From the NCBI GenBank assembly GCA_032718475.1, contig JAUCBJ010007613.1:84670-148669 (forward strand): a stretch of 64,000 nt of DNA, read 5' to 3'. Below are positions 25,208 through 37,900 of this stretch, one piece after another (within the stretch, counting starts at the first letter, position 1; the number at the start of each line of letters is the position of its first letter). The DNA comes from Nemertoderma westbladi. Its lineage: Eukaryota > Animalia > Xenacoelomorpha. The notes beneath the pieces were generated by a model. The model made no database searches and was not told where the DNA came from. It worked only from the letters and a program-made list of their open reading frames with translations. The position numbers were made by a program, and so were the translations under genes.

Positions 25208-27168
25208 ATAGTCAGTTGTTTTAGCTTTTAGATACTCAGTTAAATATAGTCAGTTGTTTTAGCTTTTAGATACTCAGTTAAATATAGTCAGTTGTTTTAG
25301 CTTTTAGATACTCAGTTGTTCAATATAGTCAGTTGTTTTAGCTTTTAGATACTCAGTTGTTCAATATAGTCAGTTGTTTTAGCTTTTAGATACTCAGTTG
25401 TTCAATATAGTCAGTTGTTTTAGCTTTTAGATACTCAGTTAAATATAGTCAGTTGTTTTAGCTTTTAGATACTCAGTTAAATATAGTCAGTTGTTTTAGC
25501 TTTTAGATACTCAGTTGTTCAATATAGTCAGTTGTTTTAGCTTTTAGATACTCAGTTAAATATAGTCAGTTGTTTTAGCTTTTAGATACTCAGTTAAATA
25601 TAGTCAGTTGTTTTAGCTTTTAGATACTCAGTTGTTCAATATAGTCAGTTGTTTTAGCTTTTAGATACTCAGTTAAATATAGTCAGTTGTTTTAGCTTTT
25701 AGATACTCAGTTGTTCAATATAGTCAGTTGTTTTAGCTTTTAGATACTCAGTTAAATATAGTCAGTTGTTTTAGCTTTTAGATACTCAGTTAAATATAGT
25801 CAGTTGTTTTAGCTTTTAGATACTCAGTTGTTCAATATAGTCAGTTGTTTTAGCTTTTAGATACTCAGTTAAATATAGTCAGTTGTTTTAGCTTTTAGAT
25901 ACTCAGTTGTTCAATATAGTCAGTTGTTTTAGCTTTTAGATACTCAGTTAAATATAGTCAGTTGTTTTAGCTTTTAGATACTCAGTTAAATATAGTCAGT
26001 TGTTTTAGCTTTTAGATACTCAGTTAAATATAGTCAGTTGTTTTAGCTTTTAGATACTCAGTTAAATATAGTCAGTTGTTTTAGCTTTTAGATACTCAGT
26101 TGTTCAATATAGTCAGTTGTTTTAGCTTTTAGATACTCAGTTAAATATAGTCAGTTGTTTTAGCTTTTAGATACTCAGTTAAATATAGTCAGTTGTTTTA
26201 GCTTTTAGATACTCAGTTGTTCAATATAGTCAGTTGTTTTAGCTTTTAGATACTCAGTTGTTCAATATAGTCAGTTGTTTTAGCTTTTAGATACTCAGTT
26301 AAATATAGTCAGTTGTTTTAGCTTTTAGATACTCAGTTGTTCAATATAGTCAGTTGTTTTAGCTTTTAGATACTCAGTTAAATATAGTCAGTTGTTTTAG
26401 CTTTTAGATACTCAGTTAAATATAGTCAGTTGTTTTAGCTTTTAGATACTCAGTTGTTCAATATAGTCAGTTGTTTTAGCTTTTAGATACTCAGTTAAAT
26501 ATAGTCAGTTGTTTTAGCTTTTAGATACTCAGTTGTTCAATATAGTCAGTTGTTTTAGCTTTTAGATACTCAGTTAAATATAGTCAGTTGTTTTAGCTTT
26601 TAGATACTCAGTTAAATATAGTCAGTTGTTTTAGCTTTTAGATACTCAGTTAAATATAGTCAGTTGTTTTAGCTTTTAGATACTCAGTTAAATATAGTCA
26701 GTTGTTTTAGCTTTTAGATACTCAGTTGTTCAATATAGTCAGTTGTTTTAGCTTTTAGATACTCAGTTAAATATAGTCAGTTGTTTTAGCTTTTAGATAC
26801 TCAGTTAAATATAGTCAGTTGTTTTAGCTTTTAGATACTCAGTTGTTCAATATAGTCAGTTGTTTTAGCTTTTAGATACTCAGTTAAATATAGTCAGTTG
26901 TTTTAGCTTTTAGATACTCAGTTGTTCAATATAGTCAGTTGTTTTAGCTTTTAGATACTCAGTTAAATATAGTCAGTTGTTTTAGCTTTTAGATACTCAG
27001 TTAAATATAGTCAGTTGTTTTAGCTTTTAGATACTCAGTTGTTCAATATAGTCAGTTGTTTTAGCTTTTAGATACTCAGTTAAATATAGTCAGTTGTTTT
27101 AGCTTTTAGATACTCAGTTGTTCAATATAGTCAGTTGTTTTAGCTTTTAGATACTCAGTTGTTCAATA
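25208..27168. repeat. Dimorphic minisatellite, ~50 units of 38 bp (…cagtt-aa) or 41 bp (…cagtt-gttca)
   Basis: Invariant core atatagtcagttgttttagcttttagatactcagtt with two linker variants. Confidence 0.98.
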
Positions 27169-27609
27169 CTCTGTTTAATATATACTCCGTTGTTCAATAC
27201 TCCGTTTTATATGCGGGTCTCGGTCTACGGTTAAGCGGTTCGGTTGGTGAATGCTGGGTGAACCTAGCTTTTGTTAGCTTTGAATGCTAACAAGTCCATC
27301 AACCTTTGTATCAATAAATTAAATAAATAACTAAATAGAAAATAATATTTACAATAAACAAGAAAGTTCTAAGATTTAGTTCTATAGAATTAACCACATG
27401 ACACCCCCTCCCCCCCCCCCCCCCCCCCCCAAGTGCAAAAACAGCAGTTTTGTCACAAATTTATATCTAGACCCTCTTCCTCATTAATCGTGATGACATT
27501 TATAAATCTATAAATATTTATAAAAATATCTTGCCATCGTAAATTGGTGGCCTATTTAGTTCTCTAGCATTGTCCACATGACACCACCACCACCACCCCA
27601 GTAATAATT

Positions 27610-28409
27610 AGAACCAGTCATTCGATTCATCTGATATTTGGTAGGAGTGGTAAGTCTCGTGCTGCGCGAATACTCCAGCCCGTATGTGCAAGATAAGGTT
27701 GATATCGACTTCGACTAATACCGCTAATTAATATTTTTTTCAGTTAATTTGATTAGGTACTAATCAATTTGGATTGAAATCGGGCCATTTTAATCAATGT
27801 ATATTTATGGCCCTAATGTTGTTAATCTCATTCTTTATGATAGTAAAAATGGCCCCTTCTTCGGGTCATTTTATTTAATAAATCAATTTTGAAACAAGTG
27901 GGCCACTCAAATTCTCAGCTCAGTTTATTTGTAGGATCAAATTGGATTCAAAAGGGCCACTGTATAATGGCCCTAATGTTATTTATCTCATTTTCAGTTC
28001 GGCCCGTTTCCTTCTCAACTAATTTGATAAATTTCATATGAAGTCACATCAAATAGGGCCTGTTATGGCCCTTTCTTTCTTCACTATATAGTAAGCTCAG
28101 TTCGGGCCAATGATATATTATTCCAGACAGTAAGAGGGCCAATTTTGGCAAATTTTGGCCCTTTTGACTTTTTTGGCCCTAATTCCATTTTATACATTTT
28201 GGTAAGTGGCCCGAAAATTGTGTTTTCATTTAGTAATAAAATGAAGGTGCATAACTTTTTAGAGGAAGGATATACACAAAGGGCCATCCAAGCCCGTTTG
28301 CGGTTTCGGGCTAAAGGGCCAAAAAGGGGCTAAAGGGCCACTTTTTAATACCCCCCAAGTCGCAATAGGGCCACTTTTGATATACAAAAGTGGCCCTTCA
28401 GCCCGAACG
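27610..28409. mobile_element. GGCCC-rich element end, homologous to the 668-bp satellite unit
   Basis: Shares tggccctaatg…atctcattctttatgatagtaaa…tggccc and atttggtaggagtg with the satellite. Ends tggcccttcagcccgaacg|TA. Confidence 0.6.
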
Positions 28410-28529
28410 TATATCTATATATATATATATTGTATATGTATTATATATATTATTTCTCACAACAATAATATGCTATAAAGCAAAATAAAAACCAATATCT
28501 TACAAAAAGAAAATTATTTTTTTACAAAT

Positions 28530-28986
28530 TTTCGACTCGACATGAGTCTTATTCATGTATTTATTTCCATAAATATGATTACTGTACATTCTAGTAAATA
28601 TTGTTGCCTAGGTTATTATAAATGTATATAATTGAATTTCTTATTATTCAATGTGAGATATTAATCAGTCTGGTTTGAACGCTTCCATTCCTTTAGAATT
28701 AATCACGGCTTCGTTTATTGAGTTTAAACCATATGGCTCAAGCGTCTGCAAGTTTGTCTGGTAGTAACCTTCTTTTCTTCTCAGTGCCTGTTTCAATGTT
28801 TCGCTATTTAGATTTGTAACTCTCTCTATGGGTGTTATCCTAAAGTCGTTGAAGTTGTGGTCTGCTTGGATAAAGTGCTGGTCAATTTTACAAGATGGTT
28901 TCTTCTTGTTTGTTATTTGTGATTTGTAATTAGATATTCTTGCCTTGAAGTTCATTGCTGATCCGACTCCCTGTTTTCTGCATTTA
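28530..28986 (-). mobile_element. Penelope-like element 3' fragment (GIY-YIG endonuclease C-terminal part plus a degenerate hammerhead)
   Basis: KCRKQGVGSAMNFKARISNYKSQI…HF…LRRKEGYYQTNLQTLEPYGLN. Downstream atgaataa-gactc-atgtc-gagtc-gaaa (28556-28530) resembles a hammerhead core with stem II. Confidence 0.8.
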
Positions 28987-29106
28987 ATTTTAAATCTATT
29001 AAATTTTACAATTTATAGGGGCCTACACATATTGACATTGAGGTCAAATTTCACCTCATCGTGTTTTCTACCTGTACCATTCAATATCAACGAAAACCTT
29101 TTTTTG

Positions 29107-30655
29107 AATTTCAACTCAGTTCGCAAATCAGATGTCATCAAATGGGCCCAAACTTAGATAGATACAAAAATTTTGATTTGGGGATGAAAGGAAATATTTA
29201 GCTAATTTAGCTAATAAAGCTAATTTAGAACCGCAATGACCGATTTAGTTGTTGTAGACACCTTCAAAACAAGCATAGAGCGAATAGTGTTTGAGATATT
29301 TGTCAGGTATTTGTCAATATCGCATCAAGGCGCTAATTTTGACTTGTGCCGGACTTTACATTATCTGCTATATCTCAAAAACTATTCGCTCCAGGTAGGT
29401 GTCTCGGTAGGCTCGTAGGTGTCTACACCAACTAAATCTGTCATTGCGGTGGGGCGTCCTCCAAGGAGACACACTTGCACCATTCTTGTTCATTATTGTG
29501 GTTGACTATGTTCTACGCATGTCCTTAGATCATCATAATGAAGATGGGGTGATGATAACTCCACCTACTGGCTCCAGAAGTCGAGGAAATCCTGCCAAGT
29601 ACCTAACTGATCTAGACTTTGCTGATGACTTAGGAGTACTCTCAGAATCATTAGAGGGAGCCCAGCGGCTCCTCAGCTCATTAGAACATGCTGCTTCTAG
29701 TGTTGGTCTTTTTATTAACTCCAGAAAGACCAAAATTCTGACAGTTAACTTTGAAAGTCCTCAGCAAGTCTCTGATCGGATGAGCATAAGCTCAAAGGAT
29801 GGTATGCTTGAGCATGTGGACGACTTCTGTTACCTGGGATCATGGATCCGGAAGTCAGGTGAGGACCTTCGAATACGTAAGGGAAAGGCATGGGCAGCCT
29901 TGAATAGGCTTTCCAGGATTTGGAAGTCACCTAGAATTAATCGGAAACTTAAGGTCCGATTATTTAGAGCAGCAGTAGTTCCAGTACTCCTCTACGGGAG
30001 TCCATGCTGGGCTCTAACTGCTGAGGACACCAAATCTCTGGATGGCACATTCACAAGAATGCTACGCCGGGTACATTGTGTCAAGTACAATGCACACATC
30101 TCCAACCAGACACTATATAACATTGGAGGTGTCTCATTGGTTCCCCCAAGCTTGACACTAGAACAAAATCGCCTCCGCTTTGCAGGACATTGCTTTCGCC
30201 GTGAGGACCAGCCTGTGCATAATCTTGTACTTTGGCAGCCTCATGGAGTGAATAAGCATGGTGGACAGCCCATGACTTTCTTGAGACGCATCTTAAAGGA
30301 CACTGGCCTTAAAGATGCGGATGATCTAGCAAATGTCATGGGTGATAGGGAGTTGTGGCGGTGCAATTTTGTTGACAAGCCGGCACAGCATTCTTAAAAA
30401 TGCAGCTGCAATGCAGCATGCCGATCCTAGTAGTAGTAGTAGTCATTGCGGTTCTATTGAGCATAAATATCACTGCAGTAGGAATAATATAAGTTGATGA
30501 TCACAAAAATGGGGAATATGACTCACTTGCGCCAAGGATGGGAACTGGCCATGTGCCTGTGGGAATATTTCCTGTCATCCCCAAATCAAAATTTTGGTGT
30601 CTATCGAAGATTGGGCTCATTTTATGACATCTGATGTGCAAACTGAGTTTAAATT
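29107..30655. mobile_element. Element with ~90-bp imperfect inverted repeats (29107-29198 / 30564-30655) that hosts the RTE insertion
   Basis: aaaattttgatttggggatgaaaggaaatatt vs aatatttcctgtcatccccaaatcaaaatttt; cagatgtcat vs atgacatctg. Confidence 0.6.
29451..30441 (+). mobile_element. 5'-truncated RTE-clade LINE (RT C-terminal half, ORF 29444-30397) with (TAG)n tail and 11-bp TSD
   Basis: GVLQGDTLAPFLF, LDFADD, YLGS and RLRFAGHCFR motifs. TSD gtcattgcggt at 29440-29450 and 30442-30452. Confidence 0.95.
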
Positions 30656-33600
30656 TGACAAGTTTTTTGGACCACCCCAACCCTCTTATTTACCTGAGGT
30701 CAAAATTGATCTCAAAGGAATCATCTGTTTGAGAAACGAAGGGTTAAGACCTCAGAAAAAGTTTAAATGACACAGCTAATGGTCGAGTACAATTCTGACA
30801 AGTTTCAGGTTAAACGGATTAAAGAAATGGGAGGACATTTAATGCTTAGACATGTAGCCATCTAGCGGGAGACTGTTGAACTATTGGGGTGAAAAGTCGC
30901 TAAATAATGTCAAGTTTTGGAGATATTTATGCCTCCAAATTTTCAATTCGACAGCTTTATTCCCTATTTTTACACTATATTCTAGCCAACAGAGGCATTG
31001 TCAATATACAGTAGGTAACGGTTATATTATAATTACACATAATATATTCCTAGCTACTTTGGCATAGCCAATGAATGCACGCTTAATTGGTGGTAATTCG
31101 CCCCACCATTGGCTGATCTATCTTTCCTGGGCTAATGTACTGGCTTCTACCCTGGGATGAGCTGACACCTCTCCCCCTGGCTGACAATGTATATTGCCCA
31201 GGTGTGTCAGTGTGTGATATTATATTGCTAATATCACATAGCCGATCATAATTGGTAAATTCCTTTCCCCATTATCCGCTGGGTGGTGCAGCGAATTGGA
31301 TCTGCTAAAAATTTTTGTCCTAAAAGAAGATAGAAATATCCTTACTACTCAACTGACAGCACAATATCTGTGTAGATTTGTTATTTTGTTTCTCTAAGAT
31401 AGACGATTTCTGCAAATCCTTGACAAAAACAAATACTGTTTTTTGCATCAGATCTATCAAACATTCAGCAAGATATTGTAAATAAAAGTTAATTGAAATA
31501 GTGCAATTATACTTAAAAACCTACTAAAACAGTGGCACAGTGGAATAAGAGTAACATCAGTATGTGAGGTGTGAAAGTACTAACTATGAGCACTATTAAA
31601 ATTAAAATTGAACTACAAGATACGAGATGTGGATCATACCAGTAACTACTGGGTAGAACTGAGTTATGAGTTCACAACCCATAGAGAGAGACTTAAACGA
31701 ATGTGTGAAGTACCGGTACATGGTTTAGATAGAAAGTCAAAGTAGCAATAGGAACCAGCGGCCAAACCAAGGAGGTATCAGTGGTTGTGCAATCTATCAG
31801 TTTTTTCTTCCTTTTCTATTACCAATTTCCAGTTTTTACTTTCCTTTTTTATTAGGCCTACCACCAGACTTTACTTGCCGTTTTTTCTTACTGCAGAAAG
31901 AGAAAGAAAGAGTTCAGAAAGAGATAGCAGCGGCTGAGGAACAACGTTTCCTTTACCCTTTTCCCCAGGAAAACTGGGAGGAAACAGAAGATTTCAGGGA
32001 GGAACCGGTGTAAGTTTTAATTAATACTAACATTCCTTTATAATATGATATAATAAAATAGGTTAAAGCAATAAGCAGATTGAGTAGAAATTAATTTGAG
32101 TAATTACAATAATTTTAAAGTTATAAGAATTACCAAGATGGCTATAAAGCAATTACTTAAATAATAAATTATTATTTAATTATAAAATAAATTATTTATT
32201 TTCTCATAGGCTAAATTATATTCTATCGCTGAGGGCTCAGAGTTAGTTTTCGCTGGAGCGAGCGAGATGGAAGGATTGGGAGCGCAGTTGTTCTAGAGCG
32301 ATGACAGTTGGATCTCACTGTGAAAACGGATAAATTAGTGTTACTAATGGGGGCTGATGAGTTATAATTCTATGGAGTGGAGAAAAAAAGAGTCATAAAG
32401 AACTTTATTTGTTTAATTATACTTTAGCTATCCATACTTATTTTATTGTTTCTACGGTATAGGCCACCAGAAAACCCAGATTTGTACAATTGTGAACATA
32501 TTTTATCAAATGTGTACCAGTGTAATGTTGTTGAATGGGACAATTGAACATAATTTTCCATCAAAGGATAAAAATTAATAGTTTTGAAACGTTTAGTAAT
32601 CTGGAAACTCTCTATAGTTTGCCGCGAACTGTCGCTCATTATAGCTGAAAATGCGATAAGGATTTTGTTTACCTTTATTATAGTGTGCGGTTAATAGTGT
32701 CTAGTAGGCCCAGTTCTGGTCTTTCTCTGTGCCCTCTCGGTGTCAGACTAATGGCGTGACATCTTCCTGCACTAAATTAATTATTCAATGGTCTAGGCTC
32801 CTCCATTCACGTAGCCCATCCACTCCTATGCACTCCATGGACCTCCATGTGGTCTTATATGTAGTTCTCTCTCTAGCAATATAGCCCATGTTCGCAATGT
32901 TACGCCCGGGGGGGGCTCTCTCATCCACCCAATATAAGACATAGCGGCACACCGCACACAAAGCCTTTGTCGATCCCAGCAAGTTAGCCTCCTGTGTGAT
33001 CTTTTATATCCAAATAATCTCTGATGGTTGCGCACAAAAATTTTGCTTACTATTACATAATTATATTAGTATTAGGACTATTTATCCTTAATAATTATAT
33101 TAGAATTATAAATGTATTTACCCCCACATTATTTATTACTATTAGGTCTATTTATTCAAGAAATTATATGTTTTTATAATATACTTTGGAATATTAGTCG
33201 ACTAAGTCATAATTTGTAAAACTTTAAATACGGGTTGAGTTATTTTATAAAGTTAAGAAGAATGAACCAATAGAGGGAGCCTGAAGTCTAATCTCTTGGC
33301 CTTTACTCACATTAACTCCCAAGGTTGCATACTATCACTATAGCCAGGAGAGTCAAAGCTAGAGTGTATGCTAGAGTTAACCAAGAGCTACGAAAAAGAA
33401 TAATGCCCTTCTAGGGTCCAAACTCACATCCCTACAATTAGAGAACTAAGCAAATGACCAGCTTGAAGGCCTTAGACCCTTAATCGGAGGCATCGAGCAG
33501 ACAATGAGAGAGCAGATGCGAGTTCAGTGGTAAAGCCCATCCATAGTGAGATAGCGTTGCACTAGCTCTCAAGGATAGTTATACTCACCATTCAATTATC

Positions 33601-33759
33601 CCTCGCAAACCAGATTCCCTCAACATCTAAAGTATTCCACTTCAATGCAAAATATATAATGCAATATAACTCGAATATTTCTGTTTTTTATAATATAAAT
33701 AATAATTGTAGCATAAATTTATAATTTAACATAAATATAATGTGAAAATTCACTTTAAC

Positions 33760-34320
33760 ATAGAGTAACTAAACTAAACACAAAATAGGATAAACAGATT
33801 GTCATGGGTTCAATCCCTACTCGCGACCAATATAAAACCAACACAAAATAAGTTAAACATAGAATAACTAGAGTACCTAAACTAAACACAAAATAGGATA
33901 AACAGATGGTCACAGGTTCGATCCCTAGTCGTATCCCGTTTTATGGAAAATAAACAGGAGGTCATAGGTTCAATCCCTATTCGCGACCATTATAAATCCA
34001 ACACAAAATAAGTTAAACCAGGGTTCGAATCCTAGTCATGAAAATATAAAAAGTAAACATAGAATAACTAGAGTACCTAAACTAAACATAAAATAGGAAA
34101 AACATATGCTCACAGGTTCGATCCCTATTCATATCCCGTTTTATGGAAAATAAACAGAAGGTCACGGGTTCAATCCCTACTCGCGACCAATATAAAACCA
34201 ACACAAAATAAGTTAAACCAGGGTTCGAGTCCTACTAATGCAATTATAAAAAGTAGGTAACACGGATGGTCACGGATTCAAACCCTACTCACGGAAAAAT
34301 AAAAACCAACACAAAATAAA
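33760..34320 (+). repeat. Array of 8 tRNA T-arm/B-box motifs (GGTTCRA.CC) in a ~200-bp higher-order repeat
   Basis: Motifs at 33807, 33915, 33967, 34022, 34115, 34167, 34222 and a degenerate one at 34274. 200-bp periodicity. Confidence 0.85.
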
Positions 34321-34364
34321 TAATATAGTAAACTTTCATGTATACCATAGTAAATAAACTAATT

Positions 34365-34902
34365 TTATAATAAAGTTTGTAAAATAGATAATGATCCGGG
34401 GAATTCACTGGCAGGACACATGGAAACGATTTTATTACTATGAAATACACTGAAATATGCACGTCCTATATATATTCTAATTACGCAAAATAATTTGGGG
34501 GTATAGCTAATAAATATTGCTTTATTATTACTGTAATTGTATGATGTCCACATTTTTTCATTAATAATTATTAAATTACATAAATTATAATTTAAAATTA
34601 ACACTTGGAAAAATAATAGTTTGTGTTTCGGTATTAAGTTTCAAATTTTGTAATTGCATACCGATAGTTTGTTTTAAATAAAGCAATTCACTAGCTAAAT
34701 TATTGCACCGGCCTACAATTGTTACTGCACCGCTGGGAAATAGCATTAAAGTTGAATCGTCACCTTTGTAGATAAACATGTTTGGTTTTAATCAACTTTG
34801 ACCTGTAATTTGCTGTGAAATTTTCTCTAGTTCAAATTTGGCAATGTTTTTTCCGGTAAACTGTTTATTGGTTATTTCTATTTTGTTGCTCAATTTCTTA
34901 TT
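34365..34902 (-). pseudogene. TATA-binding-protein-like pseudogene (one stop, one frameshift)
   Basis: Two TBP-like repeats: IEITNKQFTG…FELEKI…KPNMFIYKGDDSTLMLFPSGAVTIVG and ISYTPKLFCVIRIYIGRAYFSVFHSNKIV. Compare TBP YEPE.F..L…LIF.SGK.V.TG. Confidence 0.7.
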
Positions 34903-34916
34903 CTAGAAAAATAAAA

Positions 34917-37900
34917 TTAAATCCTAGTAGGGGGGATTACTACTCGTTTCGCCGGTCTAACAAGCTTAGTGCTATAGTGCCCGTATGGTTTGCTGCTATA
35001 TTTACTACTCCAATATGATTTCGTATCCCAGAGCGTTAGTGCCTTCTTATAGACATGACCAGTAAAAATTTGATGCTTTCTAGAAGTGAAGGTAGAGTTA
35101 TAGCGGAAGAGCATTGCTTCGTTTTCAAAACAGTCTGCATAATCCTCGTGTGTTAGTTGCTTAGCGACAACCGATCTAGATACACCTTTGGCGGTTTTCT
35201 TGATTGGGGCATCGTAGGATTGAAAACTATAGACCTTTGGTTTAAGGAAAACCCACTGTTTATACTGCAAACCGCAGCTCTCATCTTTTACGAAGCCGAG
35301 AGCCGCTTTGTGTTTAATGGTATAGAGTGGATGTGTTATACTGTAGTTGGAAGTATCTAGGAAACCACCCTCAAACATTGCCCGTAGAAAGGTTAGCTGT
35401 GGTGTATTAGTTACGCTTAGCATTAGAGAATCCGTGTCACCGGCTAGACAGCGAATCTGGCAACCCAGTTTTTGTTCTAGAGGCTTCAGTTTGTTGTAAA
35501 ATAGATCGTACATCTGTAGCTTAGATAGATCTAGTATAGTGCAACTGATGAACACGCCCTGATTTAGGCAAACAGCCTCTTTAGTGAAAGTATGACCACT
35601 CAAGTTGGGGGTAAAGACAACAAACGATTCGTGGTTGGGGTTGGCTAAGAGCAAATCGCATTGTTCGTCGCTATTGCATAACCTGAAAGAAACGCGGTCT
35701 CTAACCTTTTGGAGGCATTTCCCATACAAGGCATTATTCATCAACTTATAAAATAGGACCTCGAATGGGTTATTTGCCAACTGTCTTTTATTCGTATTAA
35801 AACTAATGTAGTCCTTGAAAATATATTTTTGTGAGAAAGAGTAGACCCTGTGTTCTTGTGTAAGTTTAAGACCGAGCTCCAAATAGAGCTGAAGTAGCTT
35901 AATATGGATACCGTATTCAACCTTATTAAACTGATGTAGTAGTAGCTTAGTACAGGTATCGTTGTATGGTCTACAGGTAGCCGTATCGGTGAGATTGTAA
36001 TGCTCCCAAAGATCTTCCATGTATTCGCTAAGAAAGGATTTAGGGACTGACATCTTCTCCGCTCCTAGAGGCAGATCGGCGGTCAAATCGTGAATTTCTT
36101 TCGGGTAATGTAGATCAACTATGCAATAATAACCAGTGTCCCCACTCGCGTCTACTGTAGCTAGGTCTATGGGGGTAGTTATGAGTTTAATATTAGCGTA
36201 GAGAAGTTTCTGGCTCAGGGCGCAGCCGTAAAGGTTATTCGCATCGATGGGAATTAGATATTTCTCGGGGAGACTGGAGTCGTAGTTGGGTTTATTGGGG
36301 ATATTTGCGTCTACGGAATGTGTATTCAAGAATACTAGACCACCCCTAATATTTGTTTCAAAGTCCAAGTAGATGGAAGCGTGTGATAGTAATTGAATTT
36401 CTGATTGCGTGAATTTCAGCGCCACGTCGTAAGTTAATCCTGGGGCATTGAAGTACATTACGGGCTCGAGTTCATAATTAGTAAGACAGAGGGATCGGAA
36501 CTGCTCGAAAGTATCAGCCAATAGGGTAACGTCTAGAACCAAATAGCCAATCATATAGTCGAAGATTGTTGCGCAGTTTAATTCATCCCAAGTCCAACGC
36601 AAGAAGCCCCTCAATACTCCCCGCTATAATGATCGTGATCGCGGACTTTGGTGCTGAGATTGTCATTGAGGTTTAAATTATGAGAATCGGGGGTTAAATT
36701 ATAGTTGCAGACGTAGCATTGTGTAGTGTTATTAAAGTCAGTTTGTTGGCTAGTAGTGAGTTGCATGGGGGCGTGCGTGTTTGTACTAGAAATGGACCAA
36801 TCGTATAACTCCCTACAATGACTTTCCATAGTGGTTAGAAAGTCGCGCATTACGTGGTTACTGCCATCGTCACGGAAAATTTGAACATCTGTTTTAGGAG
36901 GGTTAATTAATTTCCTTTTTGGTACTGTATAAAAGGCTGCCGCGCTAGCTATATGTTTCTGTGGGAGTTTAATATTGTTTGTAGGTTCTAGAATAGTTTC
37001 AATGTCGGCGTATATACAGAAAGGCGGGGATAGAGTCTTATCGTACCTGTCAAATTTAACCAAGAGATTTTCGGGCATATACTCGAGTTGGCGTTTACCC
37101 ATATAGCAGCGCTCTCGATGTTCTTCCAATGATTTGTCAGTGTAAAAGGCTCTGAGACAGCGTTCGCAGTGCGTCTTGTTGCCTTTAGAAGTAGCTTTTG
37201 TATTTATTAGTCTATCTATGCTAGTAATAGCTACGTAGTGGGCGGGGTTTTTGCTTGTGGCTTCGATAAATAATAAGTTTAGTACAGTTTTACCGGAACA
37301 GTGCGCTCTATCTGGTTGACTTAGAATGGAGAGTTCTTCCGTATTACTCCAATAAAGAAGGATTATGCAGTATATAGGGTTTGCTTTCAGAAACTGGGGA
37401 ATACCAGTTACTCTGTCCACTGGAAACTTAAATTGGAAAAATCAAACATGTTTAGGAAAGGAGTATACGTTGAAATTCTACTAATATTATTTTGTTTTCT
37501 ATCAATTTTCTTATAATTTGCGGCGGCCAATACTGCGTATTTAAAGCATTCCCCCAGCGGGCAGTCTACGCTTACGGTACATTTTTTATTTAATAATAAT
37601 TTAGAATTATTGAAGCCTTGACCCTTTAAATAGGGGTTGCGTTGGGACTGCGCAATCTCAATAGTTATTCGCTCTATGGCTATTATGCGCCAACCCGAGC
37701 CGAGGCAGAGAAACACGCTTAACAGTTGATCGATACGATTGACGGCGCTAGAAAACCAGTTATTAAAGTCGCTATTATTTAGAATTTGATTATTGTTACC
37801 GCTAGATTTAAAACAGAATGATTCAATTTGAAAACCCTCGCTGGTTTCACGCTCCATTACGATCTTGATTGTAAGCCAGACTCTTAAAAAAGTTCCCAAA

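Noticed and set aside
25208-27168. CRISPR array or coding repeat
   Set aside because: No unique spacers; unit lengths 38 and 41 are not multiples of 3 and stops recur.
31896-32400. Possible exons (KEKERVQKEIAAAEEQRFLYPF…)
   Set aside because: Splice-like signals exist, but the downstream part has stops and no recognisable domain; a gene model cannot be supported.
33795-34295. Functional tRNA gene cluster
   Set aside because: Only T-arm and 3' acceptor-like parts are present; no D-arm, anticodon arm or 5' acceptor strand.
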